From an uncultured Acidobacteriota bacterium (GTDB lineage: Bacteria > Acidobacteriota > Thermoanaerobaculia > Multivoradales > JAHEKO01): a DNA stretch of 64,000 nucleotides. Below are positions 52,766-61,227 of this stretch, piece after piece. Below the pieces are notes generated by a model, which saw only the letters and a program-made list of their open reading frames with translations, was not told the origin of the DNA and ran no database searches. The stretch is taken from assembly GCA_963713825.1 (NCBI GenBank), contig CAVQNG010000003.1, forward strand, positions 1,024,001 to 1,088,000, given 5' to 3'. The stretch's first letter is position 1; the number at the start of each line of letters is the position of its first letter. A program made the position numbers and the translations under genes.

Positions 52766-53626
52766 CTACTGTGAAGAGGCCGGGAGCGAGTCGAAGAACT
52801 CCATGATCGCTTGGCCTGCCTCCTTCGGCCACAAGTGAGGGTAGAACTCACCGCGGCGATTCGTGTCCTCGGTGTGAGGGCACCAGACCACCGGGTTCAC
52901 GGCATCGGGAGGTCCGTAGCACTCACAATTCAGAGCTTGTGGTGGACACGACCGAGCCGGCGGCTCGAGGCCGTTCTGGTCGAGGGCCTGGTCTCTCGCA
53001 TGGAGGCCACGTGACAATGGGACCAGGTCGTCGTGGGGGTTGTGCAGGATCATGGCCGCCGCGGGGCCGCTGCAAAGGGAGCCCGCGATCGGCCCGCAAC
53101 GGTGCCAACTCCACGGATGACCGATCCACGGGCGCAGCCGAGGCTGTTGGCAAAGCTCGCGCCCAGCGAATGGCCGACGACAAAGACCTGGTCGAGATCG
53201 AGGCAGTAGGAGGAGCTGAAGAGCTCGAGAAGCGCGTCGAAGAAAGCGTAGTCCCGAAGGGAGTCACCAGACTGCCCGGGCTCATACCAGCTGTACTGGC
53301 CGTCCTCTCCTAGCAGCCCGGCGGGGTACACGACGATCGTTGGCGATCGTTGCGCTCTGCTCGATCTCGAAGTACCGCTGCACCTGGCCATTGGGTGTGG
53401 TGCGTCCGTGGAAGGCGACGATCAATCGGTGAGCCAAGGCCGGGTCGTACGACGACGGAATCGAGGTGATGAATTGGCGGCTCACGTCGCCAACGTCTGT
53501 CGTGGAGAGTGGGTCTACGGGTGGTGCGCTCCCACAGCCGTCGGAGCGGTGCCCTGCTGTGTCGGACCCGAAGCTTGGCGCGGCGATCTGCAGGACCAGC
53601 AAACAGATCGGTGCGAGGGTCTTCAC
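52766..53626 (-). CDS. Exported alpha/beta-hydrolase esterase (LpqC/PHB-depolymerase-like; apparent indels near 53340 and 53075)
   Basis: SDGCG, VAFHG, VVYPAG, GHSLG nucleophile, HNPHDDLV, HLWP in three overlapping frames. Confidence 0.8.
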
Positions 53627-54432
53627 GGTTTCTGGACCTGCCGTAGTGCCTCTTCGAACCCGTCGAGGTCGAACTCGACAGTCTCCGAACCCTGCGCTCT
53701 CGGGACGGTCAGCACCATCGTGGTGCCCAAACGCATTCGCCGCGCCAGGGCGAAGGTGATGTCGTCCGGGGGAAAGACGAGATCATCACCCGAACCGGCT
53801 TGCAGGGTCGATGCGAGACCGCCCGTAACGAACTCCCCATCGATCAAAAACGCTACCTCGCCGGACGGTGTGAAGGGACCACCCTCAACGAGTATCTCCG
53901 GGGACTCGTCCATTCCTCGTTTCACTCTCAGGATCGTTGGTACCGAGCCGCCACGGCCATACTGGTAGGCGCTATTGCACAATCCGGATTCACAAAAGAC
54001 ACTCCAGGCGCCGAAAGAGTACTCACCAGATTCAACAATCTCTTGATCATCCTGCGGTGGTGCTCCTTCGGTTAGATAGCGGCCCGCGACCCAGCCGGTT
54101 GTTCCGGCGTAACGAATCTTGCACCAGCGGTTGAATCTGGCTTGCTCGCGCTCGGTTTCGGTGGCTTTCTCCCATTCGGCGAAGCTCATTTTGCCGGTGC
54201 AACCGAGGTTGCGCAATCCCTGGGCGTTGGTTGGAACCTCACCGATCTTCTCTGCGGATGCCGCCGGTTCGGCTCGGATATTGAGCACGTCGTTGGCGCC
54301 TACGCCGGTCACCGTCCACCAATCCGGCCCGTCGGCCTCGGCCTGTGCAGCCGAGGTCATGGACAGGAGGGCAATCGACATCACTGCGATCAAGCTCGCA
54401 CCTCCACGAGTGCTCGTAGCGGGTCTCTTCAT
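53623..54432 (-). CDS. Exported SH3b-domain protein with IalB-like C-terminus
   Basis: DVLNIRAEP...WCKIRY.GTTGWVAGRYL; FGAWSVFC...FDLDGFEEAL. Confidence 0.75.
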   Translation of the reverse strand: MKRPATSTRGGASLIAVMSIALLSMTSAAQAEADGPDWWTVTGVGANDVLNIRAEPAASAEKIGEVPTNAQGLRNLGCTGKMSFAEWEKATETEREQARFNRWCKIRYAGTTGWVAGRYLTEGAPPQDDQEIVESGEYSFGAWSVFCESGLCNSAYQYGRGGSVPTILRVKRGMDESPEILVEGGPFTPSGEVAFLIDGEFVTGGLASTLQAGSGDDLVFPPDDITFALARRMRLGTTMVLTVPRAQGSETVEFDLDGFEEALRQVQKP

Positions 54433-54497
54433 CACCCTGCCGGTCCTTTCCCCAGTGGCCCAGTTCGTCGACTCGAACAACCGTGGGGTCTTGTCTC

Positions 54498-55124
54498 TCA
54501 CTTCTTGCTGGGGCGAACGTTGGTCAGTTTTACCGGCTGTGACGAGAAGTTGGTGACCCCGATCTTGTCTTCGGACTCGTTCCAGACCAGTTCGGTACCG
54601 ACCGATGCGACACCCTCGCCATTGCCGGAGGAATCGAGGTTCAGAACGATGACGGTGACGTCGAAGTCTTGAGCCTGGGAGCCGGTGTAGACCTCCGAAA
54701 AGGTCACCGGTCGTTCGAGGCCGAGAATGATCTGCCGGCCGCTGCTGGTTTCGAACTCTCGCGCATACCGAATGGGCCAACCCTGCTCGCCCATGAGGAA
54801 CAGAACGCCCGCCTTGCCCAGCTTTCTCAGCGTCGTCGAGACCCCGCGCATTGAACGGTTGCGCGAATTATCGGTGGCCTCTTTGATCGCATCCAGGACC
54901 GTCTCGCGATCCTCGTCGCTCGTCCAGCCATAGATGTTCATCGTCAGGATCGAGGAGTTCGCCTGGCCAGGACTATCCATGACCATCACGTTGGCGGTGA
55001 AGCTCTCGATGATCTCCTTCTTCTTGGCCTGCGAGGGAGCAGGGGCAAGCAGCGCTGCGATGAGCAGCACTGCAGCCGTCACCGTTGCGAAACTGCTGAC
55101 ACGGTTTCTCGAAATATCCGTCAT
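54498..55124 (-). CDS. Exported hypothetical protein; paralog of 49682-50271
   Basis: AAGGAG SD, signal peptide, GWPIRYAREF, SSQPVKLTNVRP. Confidence 0.8.
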   Translation of the reverse strand: MTDISRNRVSSFATVTAAVLLIAALLAPAPSQAKKKEIIESFTANVMVMDSPGQANSSILTMNIYGWTSDEDRETVLDAIKEATDNSRNRSMRGVSTTLRKLGKAGVLFLMGEQGWPIRYAREFETSSGRQIILGLERPVTFSEVYTGSQAQDFDVTVIVLNLDSSGNGEGVASVGTELVWNESEDKIGVTNFSSQPVKLTNVRPSKK

Positions 55125-55265
55125 CTGGATCTCCTTGAGACTTGTATGGAAAGCAGCAGGGGTTTGCTGGTTTCTAGCGCTCCAACACAACTACCCTAGC
55201 GCTACGAAGCGAAAGCAGCAAGAGTTGCACCAGCAGTCTCTTGGCAGGCTGCATCCACGGCTTGA

Positions 55266-55319
55266 TGTAGGGGCGGGGCTTGCCCCCGCCCGCGGGAGGG
55301 CGCAAGGCCCTCCCCTACA
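55266..55319. repeat. GTAG-type REP doublet (REPIN)
   Basis: TGTAGGGGCGGGGCTTGCCCCCGCCC-gc-GGGAGGGCGCAAGGCCCTCCCCTACA: two palindromes in inverted orientation with GTAG/CTAC feet. Confidence 0.88.
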
Positions 55320-55335
55320 ATTCTCGGTGCCTGTG

Positions 55336-56685
55336 CTAAGGCCCGAGTAGCCCCTTGATCTCCTCCTCTATCTGCACCTCGTCGCCCTCTTCGAAGCCGA
55401 TGTGGGAGAAGAGGATTCGCCCCTCCCGATCCACCAGATAGGAGGTCGGAAAACCGTAGATCTTGAGCTTGGAGGCGACGACGTTGTCGTCGCCTTCGTT
55501 GTCTTCCAGAAGGTGATAGGTGAGATTGTTCTCGGCAATGAATTCGACGGAGCGCTCGGTGTCGTGCTCGGAGTCGATCGCGATGACTTGAAGACCCTGG
55601 TCCCTGTACTTCTGCCACAGTGGCTCGAGGCGTGGTAACTCCACGCGACAGCCCCCTCACGTGGGGTTCCAGGCGGCGATCAACATGACGTCCCCGATGT
55701 GCTCAGTGGACTTGAACGTCTCACCTTCGTAATTGGGGAGTGCGAACTGCGGCAGCGGCTTGGAGTATTCCTGACGCAGGGCCCAGAGGCGCTCCTCGAG
55801 CCCTTCTTCACTTCCGTGAGTGGCGCTCCAGGCCTCGGCGAACGTCTCCTTGGCTTCCTTGGAACCAAACAGAGCTTCCGCGTTCAGCTTGTCCATTGCC
55901 GCAACGGGCTCACCTTGAAGTAGCAAGGTCTTGCCCCAGTAGAGATGGAGCGGCGTCTCGTCGACACCCAACAGAGAATACGAAGTGTCGTCTACGCCGC
56001 TGGCAAAGGAGGCCAGGGCCGCCTCGTGCTGGCCCAGGTTCTCCTGAGCCCAGCCCTGGTACGCCTGGCAGTAGGCATTGCGACGCTGACCAGCTCGCGC
56101 CGCATACTCATCGCTGAGGTCGGGCCATTGGGCCTTGAAGGCCTCTGGCGTCGCGAAGGCCAGGCCGTCCTCGGCTTGCTCGATGACCAGATTCCAGGCT
56201 CCGGCCTCGGTGGCCAGCTCCATGAGCTCGAGGTGGTCGGTGAACTGGAAATCGTGCTCTTCAGCCATCGAGCTGGCTAGCTCGCTGAGCTCCTCGAGCC
56301 GTCCCGTCTTGGAGTGCAGAACCGCCAGTTGCATCTGGGTCTCGAGCCTGGCGTCGGGATCCTCGACCTGATTCAGGGTCTCTGTCACCAACTCGTAGGC
56401 GTCATCCGGGCGATCGAGGCTCTCCGTATAGTGGTAGACCGCAGAACTCAGGAAGTCCCCCGTGTGATCACTGTCGGGGTAGCGTGCCAGGAAGTCCTGC
56501 GCCAGCCCCACTTTGACCTCCGGATCCTCGGTTTCTTCCCAGATCGCCCAGGTCTCCTCAGCAGCCTGGTCGACCTCGGACAGCTCTTCTGCGGGGCTGT
56601 CGGCTGCTGGTGGCTCGGATTGGCCGCATCCCAACGCGGCCAGCAGCGCAACACACAGCAGCCACGTCCGGTTCTGCTTCTTCAT
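55336..56685 (-). CDS. TPR + TlpA/peroxiredoxin-like thiol-disulfide oxidoreductase lipoprotein, selenoprotein (UGGC), 449 aa
   Basis: ORFs 55657-56685 and 55336-55644 are in the same frame, joined by TGA in WNPT-U-GGC-RVELPRL; YGFPTSYLVDREG; lipobox ALGC. Confidence 0.88.
55622..55656 (-). promoter_or_regulatory. Putative bacterial SECIS element
   Basis: Directly after UGA: GGCT-gtc-GCGTGG-agtta-CCACGC-ctcg-AGCC hairpin with G in the apical loop. Confidence 0.7.
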
Positions 56686-56924
56686 GAATTCTCCTCCAAG
56701 TTCGGTTCAATGAAGATCAAGGCGTAGTCGAATATCAGAAGCTGCCGGCCGAGGGCTTCGGTCGGCAGCTGTCTCCTAGCTACTTAGACGCAGGAACAGG
56801 GTAAAGGGTTTGCCCAAGTTTGCTCGGTTTGACCAACCGAGCTGCAATAGGTCACAGGCGCCACGGTTTCTGAGTTTGACTGTCGAGTCTTTGCGAGCGT
56901 GCCGCTTCGGGTTAGTGTTACCTG

Positions 56925-56959
56925 CCAGGACCCAGGACCCAGGACCCAGGACCCAGGAC
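56925..56959 (+). repeat. Perfect heptamer array (CCAGGAC) x5
   Basis: Ends 4 nt before ATG 56964. Confidence 0.97.
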
Positions 56960-56963
56960 CCTC

Positions 56964-57665
56964 ATGATCTCCATCTCCGAACTCCGCTTTCACTACTCCC
57001 AGGGTGGATTCGCCCTGTATGTGCCCGAGTTGGTGGTTGAATCGGGTGAGCGAGTCGCCGTCATCGGACCCAGCGGATCCGGCAAGACCACCCTGTTGAA
57101 CCTCATCGCCGGGATTCACTCGCCGCAGTCGGGCAGTGTGATCACCAACCAAGTGGACATCTCGGGCCTCGCCGACGGGGCGCGTCGCGATTTCAGGATC
57201 CGCAATATCGGCCTCGTCTTCCAGGAATTCGAGCTCCTGGAGTATCTGAATGTCGTCGACAACATCCTCCTGGCCTACAGGATCAACGGGTCGCTCGAGC
57301 TGAACAAGGAGGTTCGCCAGAGGGCAGTCGAGTTGGCAGAGATGATGGGCATCGGCGACAAGGTGAGCCGCAACGTCCGGCGGTTGTCGCAGGGAGAAAA
57401 ACAACGCGTCGCCGTGTGCCGGGCACTGCTCGCCGAGCCGCCGTTGCTTTTGGCGGACGAGCCCACCGGTAACCTCGATCCGACCAACAAGGACAAGGTC
57501 CTGGACATCCTGATCGAGTACGCCGAGTCGAAGGGCTCGACCCTGGTCACCGTCACCCACGATCACGACCTTCTCTCCCGCTTCCAACGCGTCATCGACT
57601 TCAAACAGTTCTACGACCTCCCAGCGCAGAACCCCAGGACCCAGGACCCAGGACCCAGGACCTGA
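56964..57665 (+). CDS. ABC transporter ATP-binding protein (LolD/MacB-type)
   Basis: GPSGSGKT, LSQGEKQRV, LADEPTGNLD, VTHD. Confidence 0.95.
   Translation: MISISELRFHYSQGGFALYVPELVVESGERVAVIGPSGSGKTTLLNLIAGIHSPQSGSVITNQVDISGLADGARRDFRIRNIGLVFQEFELLEYLNVVDNILLAYRINGSLELNKEVRQRAVELAEMMGIGDKVSRNVRRLSQGEKQRVAVCRALLAEPPLLLADEPTGNLDPTNKDKVLDILIEYAESKGSTLVTVTHDHDLLSRFQRVIDFKQFYDLPAQNPRTQDPGPRT
57634..57661 (+). repeat. Perfect heptamer array (CCAGGAC) x4
   Basis: Encodes the PRTQDPGPRT tail of the ATPase; ends 3 nt before ATG 57665. Confidence 0.97.
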
Positions 57666-58846
57666 TGAGAGACACCCTCTATCTCGCCTGGCGCTATCTC
57701 GCGCACCACCGGATCAAGACGGCGATCCTGGTGGGCTCGCTGACGCTGATCACGTTTCTGCCGGTCGGGTTGAATGTGATCGTGGGTCAGAGCGCAAGGG
57801 AGCTCACCTCCCGGGCGGAAGCGACACCGCTGCTGGTCGGGGCCAAGGGAAGCCCTTTGGAGTTGGCGCTCAACTCCCTCTATTTCGAATCCGACACGCC
57901 CACGCTGACCACCTACTCGGAGGCAGTACGGATCGAAGAGACAGGCCTGGCAATGCCCATTCCGCTCTATGTGCGCTTTCGGTCGCGCGATTATCCAATC
58001 GTCGGGACGACCTTGGAGTACTTCGACTTTCGCGGTCTCGAGGTTGCCTCGGGCCGCTCGATGGCTGTCCTTGGGGAATGTGTTCTTGGATCCAGGGTAG
58101 CGGCTGATTTGGACGTCGGACCGGGCGACACGGTTGTCTCGTCACCGGAGAGCGTCTTCGACCTGGCAGGGGTCTATCCCTTGAAGATGCAGGTCGTCGG
58201 TGTTCTGGGGCCGTCGTACACGGCGGACGATGGGGCCATTTTCGTCGACCTCAAGACCACCTGGGTCATCCAGGGTCTGGTCCATGGGCACCAGGACATG
58301 GATGCGCCAGAGGCCGCCTCAGGAGTACTGAAGCGCGAGGGAGACACCATCACCGCCAACGCCTCGGTAGTCCAGTACAACGAGATCACCTCTGACAATG
58401 TGGACTCCTTCCATTTCCACGGTGGCATGGATGGATATCCGATCTCGGGTGTCATCGCGGTGCCGCACGATCAGAAATCAGGCACCATTCTCATGGGCCG
58501 CTACGAGGCTAGCGACGACATCAGCCAGATCGTGCAACCGGCAACGGTGATGAACGACCTGCTTGGAACGATTCTGACGATCCGAGAGTTCGTGGTGGCG
58601 GCTCTGCTCCTGGTGGCCATCGCCACCCTGGCAACTGCCGCCTTGGTTTTTCTCCTTTCGCTGCGCCTGCGACGCCGAGAGATCGACACCATGAGCAAGA
58701 TTGGCGGCTCGCGACTCAGCATCGGGACCCTGCTCGTCTCCGAGATCGTCGCGGTCCTTCTGGCCGGAGTTCTCCTGGCGGGCTTGCTCACCGTGTTGAC
58801 GGCGCAGTTTGGAGAAGGGCTGATCAGGGCGTTGTTGTTGGGATGA
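57665..58846 (+). CDS. ABC transporter permease (FtsX/MacB-like)
   Basis: LAWRYL, LLVGAKGSPL, large periplasmic loop, RRREI...IGGSR. Confidence 0.9.
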   Translation: MRDTLYLAWRYLAHHRIKTAILVGSLTLITFLPVGLNVIVGQSARELTSRAEATPLLVGAKGSPLELALNSLYFESDTPTLTTYSEAVRIEETGLAMPIPLYVRFRSRDYPIVGTTLEYFDFRGLEVASGRSMAVLGECVLGSRVAADLDVGPGDTVVSSPESVFDLAGVYPLKMQVVGVLGPSYTADDGAIFVDLKTTWVIQGLVHGHQDMDAPEAASGVLKREGDTITANASVVQYNEITSDNVDSFHFHGGMDGYPISGVIAVPHDQKSGTILMGRYEASDDISQIVQPATVMNDLLGTILTIREFVVAALLLVAIATLATAALVFLLSLRLRRREIDTMSKIGGSRLSIGTLLVSEIVAVLLAGVLLAGLLTVLTAQFGEGLIRALLLG

Positions 58847-58850
58847 GAAG

Positions 58851-58910
58851 GGCTTGGGTCCTGGGCCCTTGGGAGGGCTTAGGGGCGTAGGGGCTTTAGG
58901 GCGTAGGGGG
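58851..58910 (+). repeat. Inverted heptamer units (GTCCTGG family) followed by octamer array TAGGGGCG
   Basis: ggcttgg gtcctgg gcccttgg, then taggggcg taggggct ttagggcg taggggg. Confidence 0.9.
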
Positions 58911-58915
58911 TGAGC

Positions 58916-59275
58916 TTAGGAGCTGGTTCTGCGAACGCGAATCAAGGCAGTGAGAGCAGCGGAGGTTCTACGACAGAGAACCTCCAGTTCCTCGAAGGCC
59001 TCCCCGCCAAGGAAACCGAGATCGCGACTGAGCTTGATGTAGTAGCTCAATTCTCGAAGCGACCCGAGGGCACATTCGAGGAATCGAGCGTACTCCTTTT
59101 CGCTAAATCGGGCGCAGCCTTCGACAATGTTCGCAGAGACCGAGACGGCACTTCTTCGCATTTGAGATACGAGGCCATAGCGCTCATGTCCGGGGAAGTG
59201 CTTCGTCTCGCGGTATGTAAGGATTACGAGACTGTGGGCGAGCTTGAAGGTGCTCAGCTTTCGGTGGTCTCTCAC
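58916..59275 (-). CDS. Four-helix-bundle protein (23S rRNA IVP / Avd-like family)
   Basis: RDHRKL, FP.HERYGLVSQMRRSAVSVSANIVEG, FL..ALGSLREL, DLGFL; GTG start inferred. Confidence 0.93.
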   Translation of the reverse strand: MRDHRKLSTFKLAHSLVILTYRETKHFPGHERYGLVSQMRRSAVSVSANIVEGCARFSEKEYARFLECALGSLRELSYYIKLSRDLGFLGGEAFEELEVLCRRTSAALTALIRVRRTSS

Positions 59276-59354
59276 TGTTCGATCGCGCCCTCTTGGAGTG
59301 ACGAAAAAGGGGCACAAGTTCTTCTAGTGGCACTAACTGTGGAGAAGCAGACTC

Positions 59355-60326
59355 GTGACGCATCAACTTCAGAAGTATTTCCTGCCGATAGTTGCCTTGG
59401 CCTTTTGTGCATGTGGTCCCAGTGATCCGTCAGGGGAGTCAGGCTCGGGCACTTCCCCTACGCCCTCAAGCCCCTACGCCCCTACACCCCTGTCCGTCTA
59501 CACCACCAACTACCCCCTCGCCTACTTTGCCGAGCGGATTGGTGGTGAGCAGGTCGAAGTGGTGTTTCCTGCGCCGGCCGATGTGGACCCCGCCTACTGG
59601 GCGCCTGAGCCAGAGGTGATCGCAGAGTTCCAGGAGGCGGACCTCATCCTGCTGAACGGCGCCGGCTACGAGAAGTGGATCGAGAGGGCGAGCCTGCCAG
59701 CGAGCAAGCTCGTCGATACCTCGGCGGCGATGGAGAGCAGCTACATTCCGCTGGATGATGGTGTCGTTCACACGCATGGCCCCGAGGGCGAGCATTCACA
59801 CAAGGGGTGGGCCTTCACGACCTGGCTGGATCCGATGATCGCCATTGCGCAGGCGCAGGCCATTCAGGAAGCGCTTGCCGAGTTGCGCCCGGTGGCTGCG
59901 GAGGACTTCCGGGTCGCTTACGAGGGGCTTCAAGCCGATCTCTTGGTCCTCGATGCACAACTAGGGAATGTCGCTGCCGACCTCGGCGACCGTCCCATCC
60001 TCTTTTCCCATCCTGTCTACCAGTATCTCGATGAGCACCTCGGCTTGAATGGCGAGGCGGTTCACTGGGAGCCTGGCGAGATGCCGACCGAGGAGATGTG
60101 GGGAGCCCTCGCAACCTTGCTGCAGTCACATCCCGCGGAGCTCATGGTCTGGGAAGGGGAGCCGCTCGAGGCGGTGAAGAGTCGCCTGGCGGGATTGGGG
60201 CTCCAGAGCGTGGTCTACAACCCTTGTGGCAACGCGCCTGAGAGCGGCAACTACGGATCGGTGATGCTCCAGAACGTCGCCAACCTGCAGGCGGTTGCTG
60301 GGTCCGACTCTGGAGAGGCGAATTGA
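59355..60326 (+). CDS. ZnuA/TroA-type metal ABC substrate-binding lipoprotein
   Basis: Lipobox FCAC, ADLILLNGAGYEKW, His-rich loop HTHGPEGEHSH, TWLDP, SHP.YQYL. Confidence 0.9.
   Translation: MTHQLQKYFLPIVALAFCACGPSDPSGESGSGTSPTPSSPYAPTPLSVYTTNYPLAYFAERIGGEQVEVVFPAPADVDPAYWAPEPEVIAEFQEADLILLNGAGYEKWIERASLPASKLVDTSAAMESSYIPLDDGVVHTHGPEGEHSHKGWAFTTWLDPMIAIAQAQAIQEALAELRPVAAEDFRVAYEGLQADLLVLDAQLGNVAADLGDRPILFSHPVYQYLDEHLGLNGEAVHWEPGEMPTEEMWGALATLLQSHPAELMVWEGEPLEAVKSRLAGLGLQSVVYNPCGNAPESGNYGSVMLQNVANLQAVAGSDSGEAN
59455..59490 (-). repeat. Octamer array inside the SBP N-terminal linker; inverted partner of 58880-58909
   Basis: cccctacg ccctcaag cccctacg cccctaca cccc, encoding SPTPSSPYAPTP. Confidence 0.9.
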
Positions 60327-60467
60327 AGATTGGCGGTGGCCGGAAGACAAGCAGGCAGCGCCTGAATCGACCGAACATGCCGGTGGGCCTTTCCGCTCGG
60401 CTATTTGGGGGCAGTTATCCTGGCTGCCGGATACTTCTTGCTGCGGTACTGAAGAGCCAGCCGATAC

Positions 60468-60488
60468 CCAGGACCCAGGCCCCGGGAC
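60468..60488 (-). repeat. Degenerate heptamer array x3
   Basis: ccaggac ccaggcc ccgggac on +, ~9 nt past the SIMPL stop. Confidence 0.7.
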
Positions 60489-60497
60489 TCGATGACG

Positions 60498-61214
60498 CTA
60501 GTCATCGACAAGGAAGTACTGGATCGTCGTCACGACCCGGACCTTCTTGAACTCGGGTGAGAAGCGATCCCGATCCTCGACAGAGAAGTAGCCTTGCTGG
60601 GCGTTGCGGATGGCACCCACTCGACTACCGGAGTCTTCCGCAAACTGCTCGGCAGCACGCCGGGCGTCGCGTGTCGCCTCGGCGATCATCTCTGGCTTGA
60701 TCTGCTCGAGGCCCGTGAACAGAAACGAAGTCTGATACTCGTAGCTCCGAATCAGGGCAACGCCGGCCTTCACCAGATCTCCCGACTGCTGCATGCTGCG
60801 CTTTGCGGCATCGATGTCTCGGGTGCGCAGAGTCATGGTCGTTTCAGCGGCGTAGCGCTGAGGCGGTCGACTTCCGGGCGCGAACGTTTGCAGGTTGTAG
60901 TCGGTGATGCGTGGGACCGAGAGATCGAACTCCTCGGAGGCGAAGTCGGCACTCAGGAACTCGGTGATCTCAGCGGCGCTGCTATCGATTCCCTGTTGTA
61001 GGCTGCCGAGATCGTTGGCCGAGACGGTGAAGACGATCGGCCAAATGGCCAAATCGGCCGGCACTTCCCTCTCAGAGAGGCCTTTGACCGTCACGAAGCG
61101 CTGAGTCGCTCGAGCCTGGAAGAGCCCGTTGCCGATGAAGTAGCCGCCGAGAGCGAGGCCGACGGCCAAGAAAAGGCCGAGCACCACGGCTGGACCCGCA
61201 TCTCTCTTTCCCAT
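60498..61214 (-). CDS. SIMPL (DUF541) domain protein
   Basis: VTVKGLSEREVPADLAIWP, KPEMIAEAT..AR.AAEQFA.DSG, KKVRVV; start may be 61226. Confidence 0.9.
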   Translation of the reverse strand: MGKRDAGPAVVLGLFLAVGLALGGYFIGNGLFQARATQRFVTVKGLSEREVPADLAIWPIVFTVSANDLGSLQQGIDSSAAEITEFLSADFASEEFDLSVPRITDYNLQTFAPGSRPPQRYAAETTMTLRTRDIDAAKRSMQQSGDLVKAGVALIRSYEYQTSFLFTGLEQIKPEMIAEATRDARRAAEQFAEDSGSRVGAIRNAQQGYFSVEDRDRFSPEFKKVRVVTTIQYFLVDD

Positions 61215-61227
61215 TCTCTCTTCCATC

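Noticed and set aside
56740-56770. Hairpin AGCTGCCGGCCGA-gggct-TCGGTCGGCAGCT as a riboswitch or terminator
   Set aside because: Single stem with no U-tract and no aptamer features; function unsupported
58916-59275. Diversity-generating retroelement suggested by the Avd-like gene
   Set aside because: No reverse transcriptase and no TR/VR pair with adenine-specific differences; the duplicated 180-nt element differs at all base types
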